In this document: in pieces, positions 48,138 to 58,263 of the stretch
How positions within the stretch are numbered: position 1 is the first letter of the stretch
Layout of the letters: every line of letters starts with the position of its first letter
From: Escherichia coli
Lineage (GTDB): Bacteria; Pseudomonadota; Gammaproteobacteria; Enterobacterales; Enterobacteriaceae
DNA: 64,000 nucleotides
Direction: 5' to 3' (one strand)
Assembly: GCF_003018255.1 (NCBI RefSeq)
Contig: NZ_CP027440.1
Notes under the pieces: generated by a model
What the model saw: only the letters and a program-made list of their open reading frames with translations
Database searches by the model: none
Told to the model about the DNA's origin: nothing
Position numbers and translations under genes: made by a program

Positions 48138-48815
48138 ATGCAGGAAAATAGTCCTTTGCTTCAGCTACAAAACGTAGGATATCTGGCGGGTGATGCGAAG
48201 ATTCTTAATAACATCAATTTTTCGCTGCGTGCTGGCGAATTTAAGTTAATTACCGGTCCTTCTGGTTGTGGCAAAAGTACGCTGCTAAAAATAGTTGCTT
48301 CATTGATCAGCCCAACCAGCGGAACGTTACTGTTTGAAGGTGAGGATGTCAGCACACTAAAGCCAGAAATCTACCGCCAGCAAGTCTCTTATTGCGCCCA
48401 GACGCCGACGCTGTTTGGCGACACGGTATACGATAATCTGATCTTTCCCTGGCAGATCCGTAACCAGCAGCCTGACCCAGCCATTTTTCTCGATTTTCTC
48501 GAACGCTTCGCCTTACCGGACACCATTTTGACGAAGAATATCGCCGAGCTATCTGGTGGTGAAAAACAACGCATCTCATTGATTCGTAACCTGCAATTTA
48601 TGCCGAAGGTTTTATTGCTGGATGAAATAACCAGTGCGCTGGACGAAAGTAATAAACATAACGTTAATGAGATGATCCACCGTTATGTGCGCGAGCAAAA
48701 TATTGCCGTGCTGTGGGTGACACACGATAAAGACGAAATTAATCATGCGGATAAAGTGATTACACTGCAACCGCATGCCGGAGAAATGCAGGAAGCACGC
48801 TATGAACTCGCATAA
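48138..48815 (+). CDS. fetA: Iron-export ABC transporter ATP-binding protein FetA (YbbL), 225 aa
   Basis: Walker A GPSGCGKST, signature LSGGEKQR, Walker B LLLDE. Confidence 0.92.
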   Translation: MQENSPLLQLQNVGYLAGDAKILNNINFSLRAGEFKLITGPSGCGKSTLLKIVASLISPTSGTLLFEGEDVSTLKPEIYRQQVSYCAQTPTLFGDTVYDNLIFPWQIRNQQPDPAIFLDFLERFALPDTILTKNIAELSGGEKQRISLIRNLQFMPKVLLLDEITSALDESNKHNVNEMIHRYVREQNIAVLWVTHDKDEINHADKVITLQPHAGEMQEARYELA

Positions 48816-49581
48816 TATTACTAACGAATCATTAGCACTGGCATTGATGCTGGTGGTGGTGGCAATCTTAATTAGCCATAAAGAAAAACTGGCGCTGGAG
48901 AAAGATATTCTCTGGAGCGTCGGGCGCGCGATAATCCAGCTGATTATTGTCGGCTATGTGCTGAAGTATATTTTCAGCGTGGATGATGCCAGCCTGACAT
49001 TATTGATGGTGTTATTTATCTGCTTTAATGCGGCGTGGAACGCGCAAAAACGCAGTAAATATATTGCTAAAGCTTTTATCTCATCGTTTATTGCCATTAC
49101 GGTCGGGGCGGGAATTACCCTGGCGGTGCTGATTCTCTCAGGGTCGATTGAATTTATCCCGATGCAGGTGATCCCTATCGCCGGGATGATAGCCGGCAAC
49201 GCCATGGTAGCGGTGGGGTTGTGTTACAACAATTTAGGGCAACGGGTCATTAGCGAACAGCAACAGATTCAGGAGAAACTGAGTCTTGGCGCGACGCCGA
49301 AACAGGCTTCAGCGATATTGATTCGCGACAGTATTCGCGCGGCTTTAATTCCGACGGTCGATTCAGCAAAAACGGTAGGCTTAGTGAGTTTACCAGGAAT
49401 GATGTCCGGGCTGATATTTGCCGGGATTGATCCGGTGAAGGCGATTAAATATCAGATTATGGTGACCTTTATGCTGCTCTCAACCGCCAGCTTGTCGACC
49501 ATTATTGCCTGCTATTTAACCTATCGTAAGTTTTACAATTCGCGCCACCAATTGGTGGTGACGCAATTGAAGAAGAAATGA
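48802..49581 (+). CDS. fetB: Iron-export ABC transporter permease FetB (YbbM), 259 aa
   Basis: Internal Met MNSHNITNESLALALML...; multi-TM protein; 14-nt overlap with fetA. Confidence 0.9.
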   Translation: MNSHNITNESLALALMLVVVAILISHKEKLALEKDILWSVGRAIIQLIIVGYVLKYIFSVDDASLTLLMVLFICFNAAWNAQKRSKYIAKAFISSFIAITVGAGITLAVLILSGSIEFIPMQVIPIAGMIAGNAMVAVGLCYNNLGQRVISEQQQIQEKLSLGATPKQASAILIRDSIRAALIPTVDSAKTVGLVSLPGMMSGLIFAGIDPVKAIKYQIMVTFMLLSTASLSTIIACYLTYRKFYNSRHQLVVTQLKKK

Positions 49582-49615
49582 TGCGATGCCGGACGCGCAG
49601 CATCGCATCCGGCGT
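49580..49615 (+). terminator. Hairpin after fetB (GATGCGATGC-cggacgcgca-GCATCGCATC)
   Basis: 10-bp perfect stem beginning at the fetB stop codon; REP-like. Confidence 0.55.
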
Positions 49616-49643
49616 TGTGGTTCATGTGCCGATCAACGGAAAC

Positions 49644-50540
<897 letters not shown>

Positions 50541-50558
50541 TTAAGCGCGCGCTTCAAC

Positions 50559-51368
50559 TCACCCCTGCAATATTTTGTCCATCACGCGCCCCGGCAGCAG
50601 GCGCTTAAGCACCATTACCGCCCAGGTCACCAGCGTTACCGGATAGCGCATCTTCGGCTTCTCGCTAATAAAAGCATGGCGTACTTTGTCCACCACCGCT
50701 TCCGGTCCCAACGTAAAGCGGGCGGCGATGCCGGGATTTTCGACTGGTTTATCACTTTGCGTCTGGTTGACGTTGTCGGTGAAGCGAGTACGAATGGGAC
50801 CGGGTTCGATCAGGCTGACTTTAATTCCACAGTGGCGTAGCTCCATGCGCAGCGCGTCTGACCACGCCTCCAGCGCATATTTACTGGCCGCGTAAGCACC
50901 ACGACCCGGCGTGGAGATTAATCCCATCACCGATGAGGTCATCACAATACGCCCTTCACCGTGCGGTAACATCGCGGGTAACAGGCGCATGGTGAGCTGG
51001 TGTGCGCCGAAAAAGTTGGCGGAAAACTGCTGTTCCATCTGCGCACGGCTGATGGTGGAAAGGGGGCCATACATGCCGAATCCGGCATTGTTAAAGATCC
51101 CATACAGACAATTATCGGTCAGGGCGATCACCTCGTTGGCTGCGCGATCAACACTTTCTGGTGAATCCAGATCGATCAACACGCCGGTAAATCCCATGCT
51201 GTTCATGCGCTCAACATCATCCGGTTTCCGGCAACCTGCCAGCACATGAAAACCCTGGCGTTTTAATTCGAGCGCGCTTTCCAGGCCAATTCCACTGGAA
51301 CATCCGGTAATTAAGACCGATTTTTGCATAACTTTACCTGTCAGGATCTCCGTTGCTTTATGAGTCAT
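50559..51368 (-). CDS. ybbO: Short-chain dehydrogenase/reductase YbbO (269 aa)
   Basis: TGCSSGIG cofactor motif; YxxxK catalytic motif. Confidence 0.9.
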   Translation of the reverse strand: MTHKATEILTGKVMQKSVLITGCSSGIGLESALELKRQGFHVLAGCRKPDDVERMNSMGFTGVLIDLDSPESVDRAANEVIALTDNCLYGIFNNAGFGMYGPLSTISRAQMEQQFSANFFGAHQLTMRLLPAMLPHGEGRIVMTSSVMGLISTPGRGAYAASKYALEAWSDALRMELRHCGIKVSLIEPGPIRTRFTDNVNQTQSDKPVENPGIAARFTLGPEAVVDKVRHAFISEKPKMRYPVTLVTWAVMVLKRLLPGRVMDKILQG

Positions 51369-51984
51369 GATTTACTAAAGGCTGCAACTGCTTCGCCATC
51401 CAGTCGGCAATAAACGGCTGGGCGTCGCGGTTGGGATGAATACCGTCATCCTGCATCCATTGTGGTTTGAGGTAGACCTCTTCCATAAAAAAGGGCAGCA
51501 GCGGAACATCAAACTCTTTGGCGAGTTTGGGGTAAATGGCGCTAAAGGCTTCATTATAACGGCGACCATAGTTTGCAGGCAGACGTATTTGCATTAACAA
51601 TGGTTCAGCGTTGGCGGCTTTGACATCCTGCAATATCTGGCGCAGCGTTTGCTCGGTTTGTTGTGGCTGAAAACCACGCAAACCGTCATTGCCGCCCAGT
51701 TCTACCAGCACCCAGCGCGGCTGATGCTGTTTCAGCAGAGCCGGAAGGCGCGCCAGCCCTTGTTGCGAGGTGTCGCCGCTGATGCTGGCATTGACTACCG
51801 ACGTTTTACTCTGCCACTTATCGTTCAACAAGGCAGGCCAGGCCGCGCTGGCAGACATTCGATACCCGGCGCTCAGGCTATCACCCAGAATCAATAACGT
51901 GTCCGCTGCGGCGGCACGGAAGGTTAACAGGACCAGGAACAGGAAGGGCAAATGCCAGCGGAAAACATTGTTGAAGTTCATCAT
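51358..51984 (-). CDS. tesA: Multifunctional acyl-CoA thioesterase I / protease I / lysophospholipase L1 TesA (208 aa)
   Basis: Internal Met MMNFNNVFRWHLPFLFLVLLTF; GDSL motif (LILGDSLSAGY). Confidence 0.93.
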   Translation of the reverse strand: MMNFNNVFRWHLPFLFLVLLTFRAAAADTLLILGDSLSAGYRMSASAAWPALLNDKWQSKTSVVNASISGDTSQQGLARLPALLKQHQPRWVLVELGGNDGLRGFQPQQTEQTLRQILQDVKAANAEPLLMQIRLPANYGRRYNEAFSAIYPKLAKEFDVPLLPFFMEEVYLKPQWMQDDGIHPNRDAQPFIADWMAKQLQPLVNHDS

Positions 51985-52638
51985 CTTAAGAAGTCCGTCG
52001 GTCAGGGGGAGCATGAACTCTCCATCCTCACCGGAGTTGAGCTGGTTGTCAAACGTGGCGAGACCATCGCACTGGTGGGCGAGTCGGGATCGGGTAAGTC
52101 AACTTTGCTGGCGATCCTCGCCGGGCTGGATGACGGCAGCAGTGGCGAAGTGAGTCTGGTGGGACAACCGCTACATAATATGGACGAAGAAGCGCGGGCA
52201 AAGTTGCGCGCGAAGCACGTCGGCTTTGTTTTTCAGTCATTTATGTTAATTCCTACCCTTAACGCGCTGGAAAACGTCGAGCTTCCGGCGCTGCTGCGCG
52301 GTGAGAGTAGCGCGGAAAGTCGTAACGGGGCGAAAGCGTTGCTCGAACAGTTAGGGCTGGGTAAACGTCTGGATCATCTTCCGGCACAGCTTTCCGGCGG
52401 TGAACAGCAACGAGTGGCGCTGGCACGAGCCTTTAACGGTCGACCTGATGTGCTGTTTGCCGACGAACCCACCGGCAATCTTGACCGACAGACGGGCGAT
52501 AAAATTGCCGACCTGCTATTTTCCCTCAACCGTGAGCATGGCACCACGTTGATTATGGTGACCCACGACCTGCAACTGGCGGCACGCTGCGACCGCTGCT
52601 TACGGCTGGTGAACGGGCAATTGCAGGAGGAAGCATGA
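51952..52638 (+). CDS. ybbA: ABC transporter ATP-binding protein YbbA (228 aa)
   Basis: Walker A GESGSGKST, signature LSGGEQQR. Confidence 0.92.
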   Translation: MPAENIVEVHHLKKSVGQGEHELSILTGVELVVKRGETIALVGESGSGKSTLLAILAGLDDGSSGEVSLVGQPLHNMDEEARAKLRAKHVGFVFQSFMLIPTLNALENVELPALLRGESSAESRNGAKALLEQLGLGKRLDHLPAQLSGGEQQRVALARAFNGRPDVLFADEPTGNLDRQTGDKIADLLFSLNREHGTTLIMVTHDLQLAARCDRCLRLVNGQLQEEA

Positions 52639-55049
52639 TTGCACGTTGGTTCTGGCGCGAATGGCGCTCGCCGTCGCTATTAATTGTCTGGCTGGCGCTA
52701 AGCCTGGCGGTGGCCTGCGTGCTGGCGCTGGGCAATATCAGCGATCGCATGGAGAAGGGCTTAAGCCAGCAAAGCCGGGAGTTTATGGCGGGCGATCGGG
52801 CGTTGCGCAGTTCACGCGAAGTGCCACAAGCGTGGCTGGAGGAAGCGCAAAAGCGCGGCCTGAAAGTCGGCAAGCAGCTGACTTTCGCCACAATGACCTT
52901 TGCAGGCGACACACCGCAGCTGGCGAACGTCAAAGCGGTGGATGATATCTACCCGATGTATGGCGATCTGCAAACTAATCCCCCTGGCCTGAAACCGCAG
53001 GCGGGCAGCGTATTGCTGGCCCCACGCCTGATGGCACTGCTTAACCTGAAAACAGGCGACACCATCGACGTGGGTGATGCCACCTTGCGGATTGCCGGAG
53101 AAGTGATTCAGGAACCGGATTCCGGTTTTAACCCCTTCCAGATGGCTCCGCGTCTGATGATGAATCTGGCGGATGTCGATAAAACCGGAGCCGTGCAGCC
53201 GGGGAGTCGGGTCACCTGGCGCTATAAATTCGGCGGCAGCGAGAACCAGCTCGACGGCTATGAGAAATGGTTGTTACCCCAGCTTAAACCTGAACAACGC
53301 TGGTACGGTCTGGAACAGGACGAAGGCGCGCTGGGGCGATCGATAGAACGTTCGCAACAGTTCCTGCTGCTTTCGGCGCTTCTGACCTTGCTGCTGGCGG
53401 TGGCGGCGGTTGCGGTGGCGATGAATCATTACTGTCGCAGTCGCTACGACTTGGTGGCGATCCTCAAGACGCTGGGGGCAGGGCGAGCGCAACTGCGTAA
53501 GTTAATCGTCGGTCAGTGGTTGATGGTGCTGGCGCTTTCAGCCGTTACCGGTGGTGCGATAGGCCTGTTGTTCGAAAACGTGTTGATGGTGCTGCTCAAG
53601 CCCGTTTTGCCTGCTGCACTACCGCCAGCCAGCCTCTGGCCGTGGTTGTGGGCGCTGGGCACCATGACGGTCATCTCGCTGCTGGTGGGGCTACGACCGT
53701 ACCGCTTGTTGCTGGCAACGCAGCCTTTACGCGTATTACGTAATGATGTGGTCGCGAACGTCTGGCCGCTGAAGTTTTATCTGCCGATTGTCAGTGTGGT
53801 GGTTGTGCTGCTGCTCGCCGGATTAATGGGTGGCAGCATGCTGCTTTGGGCGGTGCTGGCGGGCGCGGTAGTACTGGCTTTGCTGTGCGGTGTGCTGGGC
53901 TGGATGCTGCTGAATGTACTTCGCCGCATGACGCTGAAATCGCTACCTCTGCGCCTGGCGGTTAGCCGCCTGTTACGTCAGCCGTGGTCAACGTTAAGCC
54001 AGCTTTCGGCATTTTCGCTCTCCTTTATGCTGCTGGCGCTGTTGCTGGTATTGCGTGGCGATCTGCTCGACCGCTGGCAGCAGCAGCTACCTCCAGAAAG
54101 CCCGAACTACTTTTTAATTAACATCGCCACAGAACAGGTAGCACCGCTAAAAGCGTTCCTCGCGGAACATCAGATAGTCCCGGAATCGTTTTATCCGGTG
54201 GTGCGGGCGCGGCTGACGGCGATTAACGATAAGCCGACAGAAGGCAATGAAGATGAGGCGCTCAATCGCGAACTCAATCTTACCTGGCAAAATACGCGGC
54301 CCGATCATAATCCGATTGTCGCCGGTAACTGGCCGCCAAAAGCCGATGAAGTGTCGATGGAAGAGGGGCTGGCGAAACGCTTAAACGTTGCCCTCGGTGA
54401 TACCGTGACTTTTATGGGCGATACCCAGGAGTTCCGCGCTAAAGTGACCAGCCTGCGCAAAGTGGACTGGGAAAGTCTGCGGCCTAATTTCTATTTTATT
54501 TTCCCTGAAGGGGCATTAGACGGGCAACCGCAGAGCTGGCTTACCAGTTTCCGCTGGGAGAATGGCAACGGCATGTTGACGCAACTCAACCGCCAGTTCC
54601 CTACTATTAGCCTGTTAGACATTGGCGCGATTTTAAAACAGGTCGGTCAGGTGCTGGAGCAGGTAAGTCGGGCGCTGGAGGTGATGGTGGTGCTGGTCAC
54701 CGCCTGCGGTATGTTGCTGTTGCTGGCACAGGTGCAGGTGGGAATGCGTCAGCGTCATCAGGAGCTGGTGGTGTGGCGCACACTCGGTGCGGGGAAAAAA
54801 CTGCTGCGTACCACGTTGTGGTGTGAGTTCGCCATGCTTGGGTTTGTTTCTGGCCTGGTAGCCGCAATTGGTGCGGAAACGGCGCTGGCAGTGTTGCAGG
54901 CGAAAGTGTTTGATTTTCCGTGGGAGCCAGACTGGCGATTGTGGATTGTGCTGCCGTGCAGCGGTGCACTGCTGCTGTCGCTTTTCGGCGGCTGGCTGGG
55001 TGCGCGACTGGTTAAGGGTAAGGCGCTGTTCAGGCAGTTTGCGGGATGA
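52635..55049 (+). CDS. ybbP: FtsX-like ABC transporter permease YbbP (804 aa)
   Basis: Two FtsX-like TM modules; 4-nt overlap with ybbA. Confidence 0.92.
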   Translation: MIARWFWREWRSPSLLIVWLALSLAVACVLALGNISDRMEKGLSQQSREFMAGDRALRSSREVPQAWLEEAQKRGLKVGKQLTFATMTFAGDTPQLANVKAVDDIYPMYGDLQTNPPGLKPQAGSVLLAPRLMALLNLKTGDTIDVGDATLRIAGEVIQEPDSGFNPFQMAPRLMMNLADVDKTGAVQPGSRVTWRYKFGGSENQLDGYEKWLLPQLKPEQRWYGLEQDEGALGRSIERSQQFLLLSALLTLLLAVAAVAVAMNHYCRSRYDLVAILKTLGAGRAQLRKLIVGQWLMVLALSAVTGGAIGLLFENVLMVLLKPVLPAALPPASLWPWLWALGTMTVISLLVGLRPYRLLLATQPLRVLRNDVVANVWPLKFYLPIVSVVVVLLLAGLMGGSMLLWAVLAGAVVLALLCGVLGWMLLNVLRRMTLKSLPLRLAVSRLLRQPWSTLSQLSAFSLSFMLLALLLVLRGDLLDRWQQQLPPESPNYFLINIATEQVAPLKAFLAEHQIVPESFYPVVRARLTAINDKPTEGNEDEALNRELNLTWQNTRPDHNPIVAGNWPPKADEVSMEEGLAKRLNVALGDTVTFMGDTQEFRAKVTSLRKVDWESLRPNFYFIFPEGALDGQPQSWLTSFRWENGNGMLTQLNRQFPTISLLDIGAILKQVGQVLEQVSRALEVMVVLVTACGMLLLLAQVQVGMRQRHQELVVWRTLGAGKKLLRTTLWCEFAMLGFVSGLVAAIGAETALAVLQAKVFDFPWEPDWRLWIVLPCSGALLLSLFGGWLGARLVKGKALFRQFAG

Positions 55050-55062
55050 TGAGAGTAAATAA

Positions 55063-55096
55063 GGGGCGTTCTGGTTGAATGGAACGCCTTGTTTAA
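55063..55096 (+). terminator. Rho-independent terminator after ybbP
   Basis: GGGGCGTTCtggttgaatgGAACGCCTT followed by GTTT. Confidence 0.7.
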
Positions 55097-55477
55097 ATTA
55101 ATTCTACAATATGTTTCATTGATGATGTTATTGAATTGGTGATTTCCTATCTTTCTATTGCTGATATTAATCTGAATCGGTGGAGTTTAATGATTTTAAA
55201 TATAGCCCTACAAAAATAACTCAGACTAATAAAATCATAAATCATATGCGTTGAATGGATATTATCCATATAGTGAATTTGTTGATAATGAATTCATCTG
55301 TGCTAAAAATGTTAGTTTAATAAAATATTGAAAGTGACCTGTAATAACAGTTGTTGTTGATTGAGAACAAATAAGTTTATGTGAAAAATATATAAATACA
55401 TTAGCTGGTCTTGTGTGTCATTTTATTTTTTTGTTGCTAACACAGGGATATGAACAATAACTAAAAGGGCACTTTAT

Positions 55478-56932
55478 ATGAGCGGAAAACCAGCGGCGCG
55501 TCAGGGAGATATGACTCAGTATGGCGGTCCCATTGTCCAGGGTTCGGCAGGTGTAAGAATTGGCGCGCCCACCGGCGTGGCGTGCTCGGTGTGTCCGGGC
55601 GGGATGACCTCGGGCAACCCGGTAAATCCGCTGCTGGGGGCGAAGGTGCTGCCCGGCGAGACGGACCTTGCGCTGCCCGGCCCGCTGCCGTTCATTCTCT
55701 CCCGCACCTACAGCAGCTACCGGACGAAGACGCCTGCGCCGGTGGGGATTTTTGGCCCCGGCTGGAAAGCGCCTTCTGATATCCGCTTACAGATACGCGA
55801 TGATGTACTGGTACTCAACGACAACGGCGGACGGAGCATTCACTTTGAGCCGCTGCTGCCGGGTGAGGCGGTGTACAGCCGCAGCGAGTCCCTGTGGCTG
55901 GTGCGTGGCGGTAAGGCAACGCAGCCGGACGGCCACACGCTGGCACGGCTGTGGGCGTCGCTGCCGCCGGATATCCGGTTAAGCCCGCATCTTTACCTGG
56001 CGACCAGCAGCGCACAGGGGCCGTGGTGGATACTGGGGTGGTCTGAGCGGGTGCCGGGTGCTGAGGACGTACTGCCAGCGCCGCTGCCGCCGTACCGGAT
56101 GCTTACCGGGCTGGCGGACCGCTTCGGGCAGACGCTGACGTACCGGCGTGAGGCCGCCGGTGACCTGGCCGGGGAAATCACCGGCGTGACGGACGGTGCC
56201 GGGCGGGAGTTCCGTCTGGTGCTGACCACGCAGGCGCAGCGGGCGGAAGAGGCCCGTAAACAGCACACCGCTTCCTTATTTTCCCCTGACACCCCCCGCC
56301 CTCTTTCAGACTCTGCGTTCCCCGACACACTGCCCGGTACGGAATACGGCCCCGACAGGGGCATCCGTCTTTCGGCGGTGTGGCTGATGCACGACCCGGC
56401 ATACCCGGAAAGCCTGCCCGGTGCGCCACTGGCGCGGTACACGTATACGGAAGCCGGTGAACTGCTGGCGGTATATGACCGCAGCAATACGCAGGTGCGC
56501 GCTTTCACGTATGACGCGCAGCACCCGGGCCGGATGGTGGGGCACCGTTATGCGGGAAGGCCGGAGATGCGCTACCGCTACGACGATGCGGGGCGGGTGG
56601 TGGAGCAGCTGAACCCGACAGGCCTGAGTTACCGCTACCAGTATGAGCAGGACCGCATCACCATCACGGACAGCCTGAACCGGCGAGAGGTGCTGCATAC
56701 AGAAGGCGGGGCCGGGCTGAAGCGGGTGGTGAAAAAAGAACTGGCGGACGGCAGCGTCACGCACAGCGGGTATGACGCGGCAGGAAGGCTCACGGCACAG
56801 ACGGACGCGGCGGGACGGCGGACAGAGTACGGCCTGAATGTGGTGTCCGGCGATATCACGGATATCACCACGCCGGACGGGCGGGAGACGAAATTTTACT
56901 ATAACGACGGGAACCAGTTAACGGCGGTGGTG
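55478..56932 (+). pseudogene. rhsD: rhs core gene, N-terminal 485 codons (RhsD-like), interrupted by an IS
   Basis: MSGKPAARQGDMTQYGGPIVQGSAGVRIGAPTG PAAR-like start, YD repeats. The reading frame runs into the IS terminal repeat (…NQLTAVV|[12 protein letters not shown]). Confidence 0.85.
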
Positions 56933-56967
56933 TCCTTGACCCACGATATTCAGACAGTCGTTGTATC

Positions 56968-57849
56968 TTAAGTTGACGTTACCCGCTGACGTCGATATTC
57001 CCTTGGTGAGAGATAACCTAACGCACTATGCGGATGGGTTTCATTGTAATGCTCGATCGCCACTGCAAGGTTATGCAATGCCGTTCTTACATTCGGTTTC
57101 GGCATGAACGCGATGTAGTCTTCTTTCATCGTTTTCACGAACCTTTCTGCCATTCCATTGCTCTGAGGGCTACTGACTGCCGTTGTGCAGGGCTCCAGAT
57201 TCAACTCTCTGGCGAACTGCCGTGTTTCATGAGCTGTATAAGCCGAACCGTTATCAGTCAGCCACTGGATTGGCCGTTCCGCTCCTTTATCGCCAAAGCG
57301 TTTTTCTATTGCTCCTAACATGACATCCTGCACCGTTGCTTTGTCATAACCTCCCGTGCTTGCGGCCCAGTCTATGGCTTCACGATCGCAACAGTCCAGT
57401 GCGAACGTGACACGCAGTTTTGCGCCATCATCACAACCGAACTCAAAGCCATCGGAACACCAGCGCTGGTCGCTTTCCTTCACCGATATTCGGCCTTTAT
57501 GTTCCCGCTGCGGCCGTGAAGGTTTGTCATGTAACAACAACAGGTTATTTTCGCTCATTATCCGATAAACGCGCTTTGCATTCACGAACGGCACTCCTTT
57601 GTTACGGGACTGTCGTCTGAGAATGGCCCAGACACGACGATAGCCATATGTCGGCATATCGCTGATGATATCAAGGATACGTGCTAACACTTCCGCATCC
57701 GCAGCCTCATCACATCTGCGACGACGTTTATTCGGCTTATTACCAGATGTTTTCATCCGTTGTGCCAGTTGCGCACGCGACACGCCCAGAATACGGCTTA
57801 CCAGGGTTATTCCTTGTCCGTTGGCAACAAGGGCGCATGCGCTATCCAT
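56968..57849 (-). CDS. IS transposase OrfB (DDE integrase domain), likely expressed as an OrfAB fusion by -1 frameshift
   Basis: 293-aa ORF, similar to IS2 InsD (…[10 protein letters not shown]…DCCDRE…WLTDNGS…HPHSALGY…). Confidence 0.85.
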   Translation of the reverse strand: MDSACALVANGQGITLVSRILGVSRAQLAQRMKTSGNKPNKRRRRCDEAADAEVLARILDIISDMPTYGYRRVWAILRRQSRNKGVPFVNAKRVYRIMSENNLLLLHDKPSRPQREHKGRISVKESDQRWCSDGFEFGCDDGAKLRVTFALDCCDREAIDWAASTGGYDKATVQDVMLGAIEKRFGDKGAERPIQWLTDNGSAYTAHETRQFARELNLEPCTTAVSSPQSNGMAERFVKTMKEDYIAFMPKPNVRTALHNLAVAIEHYNETHPHSALGYLSPREYRRQRVTST

Positions 57850-58199
57850 TTTCGCGACTGACCATACTCCACCGCTTCTTTGAGGATCTCAACTTCCATG
57901 GTTTTCTTACCCAGCAAGCGCTGTAACTCTTTTATTTGTTTTATAGCGGCAGCCAGTTCTGAGGCAGGAACGACATCCTCTCCGGCAGCAACAGCAGTGA
58001 GACTTCCTTCCAGATATTGTTTTTTCCACTTAAACAACAGGCTGGGCTGAATACCATGCAAACGCGCCACATGGGACACCGTCATACCGGGTTCCATTGT
58101 CTGCTGAATAATGGCGATTTTTTCCTGAGGAGTTTTACGTTTACGAAGCTCCTGCCCCAGCAAAATTCCAGTCATCTCAAAATTAGCACTAGTAGACAT
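57807..58199 (-). CDS. IS transposase OrfA (HTH), IS2 InsC-like
   Basis: …[78 protein letters not shown]… Start taken at the internal Met, because the first Met of the ORF would lie inside the terminal IR. Confidence 0.75.
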   Translation of the reverse strand: MSTSANFEMTGILLGQELRKRKTPQEKIAIIQQTMEPGMTVSHVARLHGIQPSLLFKWKKQYLEGSLTAVAAGEDVVPASELAAAIKQIKELQRLLGKKTMEVEILKEAVEYGQSRKWIAHAPLLPTDKE

Positions 58200-58263
58200 A
58201 TATCCAAGCCTATCTCTTATTTTAAGATACATCCACTGTCTGGCGTTTCAAGGGGCCGGTTCA

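Larger units (their letters stand above)
56933..58263 (-). mobile_element. IS3-family (IS2-group) insertion sequence, about 1331 bp, with about 41-bp imperfect terminal inverted repeats ending in TATCTTAA
   Basis: Ends TCCTTGACCCACGATATTCAGACAGTCGTTGTATCTTAA and (reverse complement) TGAACCGGCCCCTTGAAACGCCAGACAGTGGATGTATCTTAA resemble IS2 IRR/IRL. Two overlapping transposase ORFs about 65-70% similar to IS2 InsC/InsD. Length equals IS2. Confidence 0.85.

Noticed and set aside
52553-52945. 126-aa minus-strand and 99-aa plus-strand ORFs at the ybbA/ybbP junction
   Set aside because: Overlap the ybbA and ybbP coding frames; Ala/Arg-rich composition artefacts.
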